Notes under the pieces: model-generated
Seen by the model: only the letters and a program-made list of their open reading frames with translations
Databases searched by the model: none
Told to the model about the DNA's origin: nothing
Shown here: positions 48,298-57,066 of the stretch, in pieces
Position numbering within the stretch: position 1 is the first letter of the stretch
Layout: every line of letters begins with the position of its first letter
Position numbers and translations under genes: made by a program
Assembly (NCBI GenBank): GCA_028823885.1
Contig: JAPPFK010000055.1
Location: 6,971-70,970 of the forward strand
DNA length: 64,000 nucleotides
Source of the DNA: Rhodospirillales bacterium
GTDB lineage: Bacteria > Pseudomonadota > Alphaproteobacteria > Rhodospirillales > UBA2165
Direction of reading: 5' to 3'

Positions 48298-49305
48298 ATG
48301 ATGAAACGTCTGGGACTATTTGCTGTTGCGGGTCTGCTTGCGGTGTCCATGGCCACCGCGGCGCAGGCCCAGAAGAAGCAGCTCAAGATGTCGACCATCG
48401 CGCCGGGTTCATCCATGTACCTGGTGATGACGACATTCGCCAACATCGTGAACCAAAACGTCAAAACGGTCGAAGTCACCGTCGACGCGACCGGCACGGC
48501 GACCAAGCACATGGTCGACGTGGCCCGGGAGTCCATCGACATGTCGATGACCGCGCCGTCGGTCTACGGCTGGATGAAGAACGGTTCGCGGATCTACAAG
48601 AAGCTGAAGGGCGTCAAGGAACTCGCCAAGAACCTGAATATGGTCTTCTGGTTCCCGCTCGGCGGCTATCACTATGTGACCTATGCCGATTCCGGCATCA
48701 AGACTTTGGCTGACTTGAAGGGCAAGAAGGCGTTCATCGGCCCGCCCTCCGGCGGTCAGCTGGTCAACGGACTGGCGTTCATTGCGGCCGCGACCGGCCT
48801 GTCGCCCAAGAAGGGCGACTTCAAGAGCGTCAATCTGAACTTCTCCTCGGCCTTCCAGGCCTTCCAGGACCGTCAGCTCGACGTCTACACCATCGGCTGC
48901 CTGGACCCGTGCGCCCAGCTTCAGCAGATCTCGGCCACCTCCAAGATCCGCATCCTCGGCCTTCCGAAGGAGAGCGATCTGATGGGCAACGACAGGCTGA
49001 AGAAGTTCTTCGGCGCTCCCGGCCGGCTTCCCGGCTCGATCAGCAAGGACGCCTATGGCTCCCAGCAGGTCAATGAGCACGACGTGTGGATCAACGACGC
49101 GATTCTCGGCGTCACCGTCCGCTCGACCCTTGACGCGCAGACCGTCTACAACATGGTCAAGGCGTTCTGGACGAACGTCGAGGATATCCGGAAGAGCGCG
49201 CCGTACATGAAGCAGGTCAACCTCAAGTACGCCGCCCGTCAGGAAAACATGGATTTCCATCCGGGTGCGCTGAAATTCTACAAGGAGGCCGGCGTCATCA
49301 AGTAG
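48298..49305 (+). CDS. TAXI family TRAP transporter solute-binding protein
   Basis: Signal peptide MMKRLGLFAVAGLLAVSMATAAQA. GGAGG SD. NMT1/TAXI-like layout. Confidence 0.8.
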   Translation: MMKRLGLFAVAGLLAVSMATAAQAQKKQLKMSTIAPGSSMYLVMTTFANIVNQNVKTVEVTVDATGTATKHMVDVARESIDMSMTAPSVYGWMKNGSRIYKKLKGVKELAKNLNMVFWFPLGGYHYVTYADSGIKTLADLKGKKAFIGPPSGGQLVNGLAFIAAATGLSPKKGDFKSVNLNFSSAFQAFQDRQLDVYTIGCLDPCAQLQQISATSKIRILGLPKESDLMGNDRLKKFFGAPGRLPGSISKDAYGSQQVNEHDVWINDAILGVTVRSTLDAQTVYNMVKAFWTNVEDIRKSAPYMKQVNLKYAARQENMDFHPGALKFYKEAGVIK

Positions 49306-49314
49306 CCGGCCGAC

Positions 49315-49358
49315 CGAGACCAATTGGAGGCGGTCTTCGGGCCGCCTCTTTTTGGTCT
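49315..49358. terminator. bidirectional rho-independent terminator
   Basis: Outer arms AGACCAA/TTGGTCT and inner GAGGCGG-tcttcggg-CCGCCTC, followed by TTTTT. It lies between convergent genes. Confidence 0.65.
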
Positions 49359-49361
49359 GGC

Positions 49362-49787
49362 CTAATCCGCCGCGACCACGCGGGCCGCCATCTTTTCCTT
49401 GAGATCGTCCGGGATTTCTACGGCCTTCCGCGCCTTGGTGTCGAAGAACACCTCGACCGAGGTCTGGGTGGCGCAGTGGGTCATGGTATCGGCTTCGTAG
49501 AGCCGGAGCTCGTGATGGAAACTCTTGGTGCCCACCCGCGTATAGCCGCCGCGGATGACGAACAGCTTCCCCTGCACCAGTTCGTGGTGGAAATCGATGG
49601 ATACGTTAACGACCACGGTGCCGAGGCCCCGGTCCTGAATATCCTCGAAGGCGATGCCGGCCAGATTGAGGATGTGCCAGCCCGCATCATCGAAGAATTG
49701 CGCGTAGTAACGGACGTTCATGTGTCCGTAGTGATCGCAATAGCGGGGGAGCGCGATCCCCCGCGTCAAATCAACCCAGTCGGCCAT
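49362..49787 (-). CDS. hotdog-fold acyl-CoA thioesterase (4HBT/YbgC-like)
   Basis: 141 aa. PRYCDHYGHMNVRYYAQFFDDAGW is typical of the 4HBT family. Start at MADWVD. Confidence 0.75.
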   Translation of the reverse strand: MADWVDLTRGIALPRYCDHYGHMNVRYYAQFFDDAGWHILNLAGIAFEDIQDRGLGTVVVNVSIDFHHELVQGKLFVIRGGYTRVGTKSFHHELRLYEADTMTHCATQTSVEVFFDTKARKAVEIPDDLKEKMAARVVAAD

Positions 49788-49930
49788 GGATACTTCTCCC
49801 CGGTCTGACGGCCTCACGATAGCGTGCCGGAAATTCGGACACCAAGGGGAAATGTCTGGCCAGCCGGGACGGGAGGCATAGAGTCCGAGCCAAGAACGAG
49901 AATGTTTGGGGACGTTCGGGCCGCCAATTC

Positions 49931-50848
49931 ATGAACTGGATCGAGAATTTTTCGCCGCGCCCTGCGCTGGCGTATGCCCTGTTGACGCTCGCGGCCTTCA
50001 TTTGGGCGGTCAACACGGTCATCAGCCGCGCCTTCTACGAGACCATTCCGCCGTTCGGGATGAATTTCTGGCGTGTCCTGGTCGCGGTCCTGGTGCTCCT
50101 GCCCATCGCCCTCCCGGAACTTCGGCGCTCTTGGCCTGTCATGCGGCGGCACTTCAAGATGTTGATTTTTCTCGGATTTCTCATGACCGGCGCCCAGGCC
50201 ATGCTGATCGTCGCGGTGAATTTCACCACCGCCATCAATGCGACCGTCGTCAACGCGACCCAACCGGCGATCACCGCCATCATGGCGGCGATTCTCGTCG
50301 GCACCCGGATTGGAGGATTGCAGGGCGCCGGAATCGTCGCGGCATTGGCCGGCATCGCGGTGATGGTCGTCCGGGCCGATCTGTCCGTTTTGCAGGCGCT
50401 TGCCTTCAATCCGGGAGATTTCATCGCGCTGATCGCGGTGGTTGGCTGGGCGTCCTATGCCATCTATTTCCCGCGCCTTCCCCATGAGCTTGGCCTGTCG
50501 GCGATGCTGTTCCTCATATTGACCAGCGGGCTTGTCGTCATGCTGCCGACCTTTCTGTTGGAGACCGCGTTCCATCGAACAACGCCGGCATCGACGGAGA
50601 CCGTCGGCGTTTCGGTGGTGCTGGGCCTGTGCAGCGTGGTGTCGATCTACGTCTGGAACGCGGGCTTGAGAGTGGTGGGCGCCATTCATGCGACCATGTT
50701 CATCAACTTGATCCCGATCTTCGGCGCGGCGGTCGCCATCACGTTCCTCGGCGAGCAGTTGTTCCTGTTCCACGTCATCGGCGCGGCGTTGGTCTGCCTC
50801 GGCATTTCGACCGTTGTCCTGACCGGACGGCGGAAGGAGGAGAGCTAG
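49931..50848 (+). CDS. DMT superfamily (EamA) transporter
   Basis: 305 aa, ten TM helices, duplicated EamA halves. Confidence 0.8.
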   Translation: MNWIENFSPRPALAYALLTLAAFIWAVNTVISRAFYETIPPFGMNFWRVLVAVLVLLPIALPELRRSWPVMRRHFKMLIFLGFLMTGAQAMLIVAVNFTTAINATVVNATQPAITAIMAAILVGTRIGGLQGAGIVAALAGIAVMVVRADLSVLQALAFNPGDFIALIAVVGWASYAIYFPRLPHELGLSAMLFLILTSGLVVMLPTFLLETAFHRTTPASTETVGVSVVLGLCSVVSIYVWNAGLRVVGAIHATMFINLIPIFGAAVAITFLGEQLFLFHVIGAALVCLGISTVVLTGRRKEES

Positions 50849-51781
50849 GTGCGACTGGCATTCGTGCGCACCATCGAGGAATACGCGCCTTCCACCCGAG
50901 CCGCCTATCTGATGCTGGCCGTCACGGTTTTTCTGTGGGCCATCGGGATTATTTTCGCCCGTGGCATGCGCGTCGATCTGCCGGGCGTCGGCCTGACCTT
51001 CTGGCGTTGGACCATTGCCGCCCTGATCGTGCTGCCCTTTGCCTGGCGGGACCTGACCGACCGCTGGCCGCTGATCCGGTCCAGGAAAGGATTGTTTCTG
51101 TCGCTGGCCTTTCTGCAGATGTTCGGGAGCGTCATGCTGTTTACCGGGGTCAACTTCACCACCGCCATCAGCGGCACCCTGGTCAATTCCAGCCAGCCCG
51201 CAATGACCGCCCTCGTTGCGCTTCTCATTCTTCGCCACCGGCTGTCCTGGGTCCAATCCATCGGGCTCGCCGCCGCCCTGTTCGGGGTCCTGATCAGCGT
51301 CTCGAAAGCGGACCTGACGGTGCTCACGGCGTTCCAGTTCAATATCGGCGATATCATGATGATCGCCGGGACGGTGGCTTACGCCGCCTATCCGGTGGCG
51401 CTGCACCGGCTGCCGCGGGGGTTCAGCCTGCTGACCCTGCTGTTCATCATTTCGGCGTCCGGATCGGTGATGCTCCTGCCGTTCTATATCTGGGAGACGA
51501 TTTATGTCCGGCCGATCGTCCTTACCCCGGCGAACGGGCTGGTCATCCTGTTCATGGCGCTGATTATTTCGGTCGTCTCCATCTTTCTCTGGAACGCCGG
51601 CATCCGGGCGGTGGGACCCAATCGTGCGGCCATCTTCGTCAATCTATTGCCGATTTACGGCGCCGCGCTGGCGATCCCGTTTCTCGGCGAAACCCTCGAG
51701 ATCTTTCACGTCGTTGCGGCGGCGCTGGTGATCTCCGGAATATTGATGGTGATCCGGGGACACAGGAAGGCCGGCGAATAG
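50849..51781 (+). CDS. DMT superfamily (EamA) transporter (tandem paralogue)
   Basis: The GTG start abuts the upstream stop. Collinear motifs, for example FTTAISGTLVNSSQPAMTAL against FTTAINATVVNATQPAITAI. Confidence 0.8.
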   Translation: MRLAFVRTIEEYAPSTRAAYLMLAVTVFLWAIGIIFARGMRVDLPGVGLTFWRWTIAALIVLPFAWRDLTDRWPLIRSRKGLFLSLAFLQMFGSVMLFTGVNFTTAISGTLVNSSQPAMTALVALLILRHRLSWVQSIGLAAALFGVLISVSKADLTVLTAFQFNIGDIMMIAGTVAYAAYPVALHRLPRGFSLLTLLFIISASGSVMLLPFYIWETIYVRPIVLTPANGLVILFMALIISVVSIFLWNAGIRAVGPNRAAIFVNLLPIYGAALAIPFLGETLEIFHVVAAALVISGILMVIRGHRKAGE

Positions 51782-51881
51782 GCCAGTGAATAGGCCGCCG
51801 ATCCGCGGCGCTGGCGCATGGCGGATTGCTTCGCTAAAACTCTTTCAACAATAAGACCTTACGCCCGCCCGGGGAGAAGCC

Positions 51882-52586
51882 GTGTCCGACATGGGTCAGG
51901 CATTCGTCTTGGCGCTGCAACTGATTGCAGCCCTGGATGCCGAGCTGCTTGAAATTATCGCGCGATCCTTCGCCGTGAGCCTGGCCGCGGTGGCCATCGC
52001 CGCGGCTATCGGCCTGCCGGCGGGCGCAGCGCTTGCGGTTTACCGGTTTCCCGGCCGCCGGGCCGTGATCGTCCTGGTCAACGCGCTGATGGGCCTGCCG
52101 CCGGTCTTCGTCGGGCTGCTGATCTATCTGTTTCTGTCGCGCGCCGGACCCCTCGGGTTTCTGGGGCTTCTGTTTACCCCGACGGCGATGATCATCGCCC
52201 AGGCGGTATTGGTGACGCCGATCATCGTCGCCATTTGCCACCGGTTGACCCGGGACCTCTATGAGGAGTACCGGGACCAGCTGTGTTCCTTCGGCGCCCG
52301 GCCCCACGACGCGGTGCGGACCATTTTGTGGGATGCGCGGGTGAGCCTGGTGACGGCGGTGATGGCGGGCTTCGGACGCGCCACCGCCGAGGTGGGCGCG
52401 GTACTGATCGTCGGCGGCAACATCGCGGGACTGACCCGGGTGATGACCACCACCATCGCGCTCGAAACGTCGAAGGGCAATCTGGCCCTGGCCCTGGCCC
52501 TGGGGCTGATCCTGGTCCTGACCGCCATCGGCGTGAACGCGGTCGCCATGTCGCTCGGCGGGGTCTCCGCCTATCGGCGGGGGTAG
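51882..52586 (+). CDS. tupB: ABC transporter permease, tungstate (TupB)-like
   Basis: 234 aa with five or six TM helices. The EAA-like loop, plus an adjacent ATPase and a TupA-like binding protein. Confidence 0.7.
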   Translation: MSDMGQAFVLALQLIAALDAELLEIIARSFAVSLAAVAIAAAIGLPAGAALAVYRFPGRRAVIVLVNALMGLPPVFVGLLIYLFLSRAGPLGFLGLLFTPTAMIIAQAVLVTPIIVAICHRLTRDLYEEYRDQLCSFGARPHDAVRTILWDARVSLVTAVMAGFGRATAEVGAVLIVGGNIAGLTRVMTTTIALETSKGNLALALALGLILVLTAIGVNAVAMSLGGVSAYRRG

Positions 52587-52595
52587 GCGCGGCGC

Positions 52596-53306
52596 ATGTC
52601 CATCCTCCCCTTGAGCCTCGACGAGGTTTCCTTCCGCGCCGGTGACCGGGCGCTGTTGGACGGCATCTCGCTCACCATCGAAAGCGGGCCCAAGACCGTC
52701 ATTCTCGGCGCCAACGGCGCCGGCAAGAGCCTGCTGCTCCGGATCTGCCATGGACTGCTCGGACCCAGCGGCGGCAAGGTCCGCTGGGCGGAGGGAACGA
52801 CCCGCCAGTACGAACGTCAGGCCATGGTGTTTCAGAAACCGGTGATGCTGCGCCGCAGCGTCGCGGCCAACGTCGCCTACGGGCTCAGGCTGAGGAAGAT
52901 CGAGGCCGGGGAACGGGCCCGGCGGGTGGCGGATGCGCTTCGGCGCACCGGACTGACCGACTTCGCCGACCAGCCCGCCCGCCTGCTCTCCGGCGGTGAA
53001 CAGCAACGCCTGGCCCTCGCCCGGACCTGGGCGCTGGAGCCCGAGATTCTGTTCCTCGACGAGCCCACCGCCAATCTGGACCCCGGCGCGACCCGGGCGG
53101 TCGAGGAGATCGTCTCCGGCTTTCACGACAGCGGCGCGAAGATCGTCATGACCACCCATGATATCGGTCAGGCGCGCCGCCTCGCCGACGAGGTGATCTT
53201 CCTCCACCGCGGGCGGGTGGCCGAACGGGCCGGCGCCGACAGGTTCTTCGCCCAGCCGTCCACCGAAGAGGCGGCGGCCTACTTGAGAGGAGATCTGTTG
53301 TGGTGA
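52596..53306 (+). CDS. tupC: ABC transporter ATP-binding protein (TupC-like)
   Basis: Walker A GANGAGKS, signature LSGGEQQR, Walker B ILFLDEP. Confidence 0.85.
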   Translation: MSILPLSLDEVSFRAGDRALLDGISLTIESGPKTVILGANGAGKSLLLRICHGLLGPSGGKVRWAEGTTRQYERQAMVFQKPVMLRRSVAANVAYGLRLRKIEAGERARRVADALRRTGLTDFADQPARLLSGGEQQRLALARTWALEPEILFLDEPTANLDPGATRAVEEIVSGFHDSGAKIVMTTHDIGQARRLADEVIFLHRGRVAERAGADRFFAQPSTEEAAAYLRGDLLW

Positions 53307-54175
53307 GGCGGCTGTCCGTTCCGGTCGTGGCGCCTGTCTGGGCGCCTGTCTGGGCGCTCGTCTGGGCGCTCGTCTGGGCCGGGGCGCCGGTCCAGGCGCC
53401 GGCTCACGCGCAAGACCGGTTCATCACCCTGGCGTCCACCACGTCGACCGACAATTCGGGCCTGTTCGCGGAAATCCTGCCCAGGTTTCAGGCCCAAAGC
53501 GGGATCGCCGTCCGGGTGGTCGCGGTCGGGACCGGCCAGGCCATCCGGCTTGCGGAACGGGGCGACGCCGACGTCCTGCTGGTTCACCACAAGCCGTCGG
53601 AGGAGAAGTTCGTCGCCGACGGTTTCGGCCTGGAGCGTCATGACGTGATGTACAACGACTTCGTGGTCGTGGGACCCGCGGCCGATCCGGCCGGGATCAA
53701 GGGTATGGTCCGGGCGAGGGAGGCGTTTGCGAAAATTGCCCGGGGCCGGCACCTGTTCGTCTCGCGGGGCGATAATTCGGGTACCCACAGGGCCGAGCAG
53801 TCCATCTGGCGGGCCAGCGGCTCGGACCCCGCGGCGGGACGGGGGAAATGGTTTCGCGAGGCCGGGGCGGGCATGGGCGCGGCGCTCAATACGGCGTCCG
53901 GCATGAACGCCTATATCCTGACCGACCGCGGGACGTGGACCAGCTTCTCCAACAAGGGATCGTTCGCGGTTCTGGTCGAGGGAGACCCGGCGCTGTTCAA
54001 TCAGTACGGCGTCATCGTCGTCAGCCCGGAGCGCCATCCGCACGTCAAGGCGGATGCGGCAAATCTGTTCGTCGCCTGGCTGACCGGGGCCGCCGGGCAG
54101 GCGGCGATCGCCGCGTTCCGCAAACGGGGCCGGCAACTGTTCACGCCCAACGCCAAACCCTCAACCGGCAACTAA
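53300..54175 (+). CDS. tupA: periplasmic tungstate/oxyanion-binding protein (TupA-like)
   Basis: LASTTSTDNSGL and VGTGQAIRLAERGDADVLLVH motifs of the TupA/PBP-2 type. Confidence 0.7.
   Translation: MVRRLSVPVVAPVWAPVWALVWALVWAGAPVQAPAHAQDRFITLASTTSTDNSGLFAEILPRFQAQSGIAVRVVAVGTGQAIRLAERGDADVLLVHHKPSEEKFVADGFGLERHDVMYNDFVVVGPAADPAGIKGMVRAREAFAKIARGRHLFVSRGDNSGTHRAEQSIWRASGSDPAAGRGKWFREAGAGMGAALNTASGMNAYILTDRGTWTSFSNKGSFAVLVEGDPALFNQYGVIVVSPERHPHVKADAANLFVAWLTGAAGQAAIAAFRKRGRQLFTPNAKPSTGN
53330..53377 (+). repeat. 12-bp tandem repeat, 4 units, inside the tupA signal-peptide coding region
   Basis: GCGCCTGTCTGG x2 then GCGCTCGTCTGG x2. It encodes APVWAPVWALVWALVW. Confidence 0.85.
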
Positions 54176-54766
54176 CGCCCGGGTCACCTCGGCAAGGGCG
54201 GTTCCCTGAATGCGCGCCGCGGCGAGTTCGGGGGCGGATGGCCGCTCGCCCGGCCCGTTGCCGATGCTCGCCGCGCCGAAGGATCCGGCGCCGGTGACGT
54301 CGCCCGCGCCGGATGCGGATAGGGCGCGGATGCCCAGCGGCACGATGGTCAGCCCGTGGGCGGCAAAGGTGCTCCACAGGGAGAGGATCGCGGTCTCGCT
54401 GCCGGCCCCCGATCCGCCGGCGACGAAGGCGGTCGCCGTCTTGCCGGTGATGTCTCCCCACTGCTTGCCCGTGTGGTCCCAGAAGTAGGCCATGGCCGAG
54501 CTCAGCCGGCCGAAATAGATCGGGCAGCCGACGGCGAACCCGTCGAAGTTCTCCAGATCGCCGGGGGACGCCGTCGGCAGATCGAGCAGCCCGGGGGGGC
54601 GCTCCTGAACCTGTCCGCCGAAGATGCTGTCGCCGTCATCGATGTCGGGCACCCGCCTGAGTTCGGCCCGGCAGCCGTCCACCGCCTCGATGCCCTCGGC
54701 GACCGCCCGGGCCAGCCGGAAGGCGCCGCCGGAAACGCTGTGAAACAGGACGAGAATGTCGGCCAT
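54161..54766 (-). CDS. WrbA-type flavodoxin-like NAD(P)H:quinone oxidoreductase
   Basis: MADILVLFHSVSGGAFRLARAVAEGIEAVDG parallels the WrbA N-terminus. Start at MADIL. The 3' end overlaps tupA convergently. Confidence 0.75.
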   Translation of the reverse strand: MADILVLFHSVSGGAFRLARAVAEGIEAVDGCRAELRRVPDIDDGDSIFGGQVQERPPGLLDLPTASPGDLENFDGFAVGCPIYFGRLSSAMAYFWDHTGKQWGDITGKTATAFVAGGSGAGSETAILSLWSTFAAHGLTIVPLGIRALSASGAGDVTGAGSFGAASIGNGPGERPSAPELAAARIQGTALAEVTRALVAG

Positions 54767-54845
54767 CGGGGCTCCTTTCTTGCATTCCGGCGCGAACGCC
54801 ATAGTTTTGTCATCTATTCAAACCCCGAGGCGGGAGACAAGCGTC

Positions 54846-55166
54846 ATGCTCATCGAAATGCGGATTTATACGTGCCACGCGGGGCGGGCAGCCGAGTTCG
54901 CCGAGCTCTACCGCCGGGTGGGCCTGGCCGTGCAGCTGCCCGTCGGCGGCCGGCTCAAGGGGTTTTACCGCACCGACGTGGGAGATCCGAACCGGGTGAT
55001 CCTGATCTGGGAGTACGAAAGCTACGAGGACCGCGCCGGGCGGCGGGTGAAATTGGCCGAGAACCGGGACTGGCTGGCCTTTCTCAAGCAGGCTGCGCCG
55101 ATGGTCGCCTCGGAAGAGAACATGATCCTGTCCGCCGTGCCGACACCGGAGGTGAAACCGGCCTAG
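54846..55166 (+). CDS. NIPSNAP family protein
   Basis: 106 aa. MLIEMRIYTCHAGRAAEF...VILIWEYESYEDR is a typical NIPSNAP/dimeric alpha-beta barrel pattern. Confidence 0.65.
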   Translation: MLIEMRIYTCHAGRAAEFAELYRRVGLAVQLPVGGRLKGFYRTDVGDPNRVILIWEYESYEDRAGRRVKLAENRDWLAFLKQAAPMVASEENMILSAVPTPEVKPA

Positions 55167-55168
55167 TA

Positions 55169-55188
55169 TTGTCCGAATAACGGACGAA
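55169..55188. promoter_or_regulatory. TTGTCC-N7-GGAC palindrome, box 1
   Basis: TTGTCCGAATAACGGACGAA, about 80-95 nt upstream of the first IclR gene. Confidence 0.45.
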
Positions 55189-55230
55189 ATAGGGCTAATT
55201 CCATATATTCGGACCGCGTTCTCCCCTATT

Positions 55231-55249
55231 TTGTCCACATTAAGGACAC
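55231..55249. promoter_or_regulatory. TTGTCC-N7-GGAC palindrome, box 2
   Basis: TTGTCCACATTAAGGACAC, 16-34 nt upstream of the ATG at 55265. Confidence 0.45.
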
Positions 55250-55264
55250 CCTGGGGAGGCACGC

Positions 55265-56080
55265 ATGAACCAGCTCGCACCGGAGGAATCCCGCAACGGC
55301 GTCAAGTCCATCCGCCGTCTGCTGGTGATCCTCAAGACCCTCAATCAGCACAATGGATCCAAGGTGCTGGAGCTCAGCCGGCAGACCGGCATTTCGCGCC
55401 AATCCATCTACCGGATGCTGGCGACCCTGGAGGAGTTCGGCTACGTGCGCCGCCAGGAAACCGACGACCGGTACTATCTGACCCATCTGGTTCGGGAACT
55501 GGCGGACGGATATTTCGAGGAAGGGTGGGTGACGGAAATCGCCGCGCCGGTTCTGGAGGATCTCCTGGCCGAGGTGGTCTGGCCGACGGATCTCGCCACT
55601 TTTCTCAACGACGCCATGTATCTCAGGGAAACCACGCGCCGCAACAGCCCGTTCACCATCGACCGGGTGACCGTCGGCCAGCGCCTGCCGATGCTGATCT
55701 CCGCCATGGGCCGGGCCTATTTGAGCTACTGTCCGGCGTTGGAGCGGGAACACATCCTGGACGCGCTTCGGAAATCGGACGACGAGTACGACCGGCTTAT
55801 TCACCGCAAGGGCTATGTCGATGCGGTCATCGAAACCACCCGCGAGCGCGGCTACGCGGTGCGTTATTCCAAATATGTGGCGGAAATCAAGACCTCCACC
55901 ATCGCGGTGCCGGTGATGAGCGGTGAACGGGTGATGGCGGCTGTCGGCATCACCTTCATCGCGTCCGCGGCGACCGCCGAGGAGATCGCGGCGCGGCATT
56001 TGGACGCCTTGTTGCGTGCCGCCCGCGAAATCGAAGTCCGCAGCCAGGAGCTTCAGCAACAGGCGCAGCCCGCCAAATAG
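55265..56080 (+). CDS. IclR family transcriptional regulator
   Basis: N-terminal wHTH VLELSRQTGISRQSIYRMLATLEEFGYVRR, then a C-terminal IclR effector domain. Confidence 0.85.
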   Translation: MNQLAPEESRNGVKSIRRLLVILKTLNQHNGSKVLELSRQTGISRQSIYRMLATLEEFGYVRRQETDDRYYLTHLVRELADGYFEEGWVTEIAAPVLEDLLAEVVWPTDLATFLNDAMYLRETTRRNSPFTIDRVTVGQRLPMLISAMGRAYLSYCPALEREHILDALRKSDDEYDRLIHRKGYVDAVIETTRERGYAVRYSKYVAEIKTSTIAVPVMSGERVMAAVGITFIASAATAEEIAARHLDALLRAAREIEVRSQELQQQAQPAK

Positions 56081-56107
56081 GCTTTTCAAACCGTTCTCCC
56101 TTGTATA

Positions 56108-56126
56108 TTGTCCGTTCAACGGACAA
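56108..56126. promoter_or_regulatory. TTGTCC-N7-GGAC palindrome, box 3 (near-perfect)
   Basis: TTGTCCGTTCAACGGACAA, 28-46 nt upstream of the ATG at 56154. Confidence 0.5.
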
Positions 56127-56153
56127 ACCGATGCAAAGACGTCCGGGGGAGTT

Positions 56154-56999
56154 ATGGCTGAAAAACCGAGTGAGAAGCGCGCAAGCGGCATGCGCAGCGC
56201 CGAGAGGCTGCTGATCGTTTTGCGCGCGCTGAATCTGCGGAACGGCGCGACGGTGCTGGAACTCAACCGGGACACCGGCATTTCCCGCCAGGCCATCTAC
56301 CGCATCCTCGATACCCTGCGGAATTTCGGCTACGTGCGCCGGCAGGAAGCGACCGACCGCTTCCACCTGACCCACATGGTCCGGCGGCTGAGTTCGGGAT
56401 TCAAGGACGAGGAATGGATCGCCGACATCGCCGTCCCCATTCTCGGACGTTTGGTGCAGGAAGTGGTCTGGCCGACCGAACTGTCCACCTTCTCCGACAA
56501 CGCCATGTATATCCGGGAATCCACCCGCGGCCGCTCTCCCTTCACCATAGACCGGGTCGCGGTCGGCCAGCGGCTGCCCATGCTGCAATCGGCGTCGGGC
56601 CGGGCATATTTGAGCTACTGCCCGGACCCGGAGCGGGAAGCGATCATCGAGAACCTCAAGAGTTCCGACGACGATTTCGACCAGGTGGCCCACAAACCGG
56701 ATTACATCGAGCGCATCCTCGCCGCGACCCGGAGCCGCGGCTGGGCGGTCGGCGACGATTCCTTCCGGCTGCATCCCAAGACCGAAACCCTGGCGGTGCC
56801 GGTTCTGGTGAACGGCTATGCCCGGGCGAGCCTGCCGCTCACCTACATCGCCTCCGCCGCGACCGCCGAGCAGATTGCCGAGCGGCACATGAGCCAACTG
56901 CAGGCGGCGGCCAAGGAGATCGCCGACCGGATGGAGGAGATGCAGGCCCGTACCGACGACGATGACGACGACCTCATTCCCATCCGCGAGGCCAGCTAG
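56154..56999 (+). CDS. IclR family transcriptional regulator (tandem paralogue)
   Basis: VLELNRDTGISRQAIYRILDTLRNFGYVRR. Collinear with the upstream IclR (for example VVWPTELSTFSDNAMYIRESTR against VVWPTDLATFLNDAMYLRETTR). Acidic D-rich tail. Confidence 0.85.
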   Translation: MAEKPSEKRASGMRSAERLLIVLRALNLRNGATVLELNRDTGISRQAIYRILDTLRNFGYVRRQEATDRFHLTHMVRRLSSGFKDEEWIADIAVPILGRLVQEVVWPTELSTFSDNAMYIRESTRGRSPFTIDRVAVGQRLPMLQSASGRAYLSYCPDPEREAIIENLKSSDDDFDQVAHKPDYIERILAATRSRGWAVGDDSFRLHPKTETLAVPVLVNGYARASLPLTYIASAATAEQIAERHMSQLQAAAKEIADRMEEMQARTDDDDDDLIPIREAS

Positions 57000-57066
57000 G
57001 CCCCGGTTCCCGCCAGGGTTACGCCCTGCGATGACTCCCCCGTAAGAAGAGGTTTTGGAGGCGGAC

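Noticed and set aside
51782-51881. Looked for a molybdenum-cofactor (Moco) riboswitch upstream of the tungstate-type ABC operon.
   Set aside because: The spacer is only about 100 nt and I could not recognise the conserved Moco-motif stems or sequence blocks. An Infernal scan would be needed to exclude it formally.
53330-53377. Considered whether the short tandem repeats could be a CRISPR-like or minisatellite array.
   Set aside because: The units are contiguous 12-mers without spacers. They lie inside a coding region and are in frame. This is not a CRISPR array.
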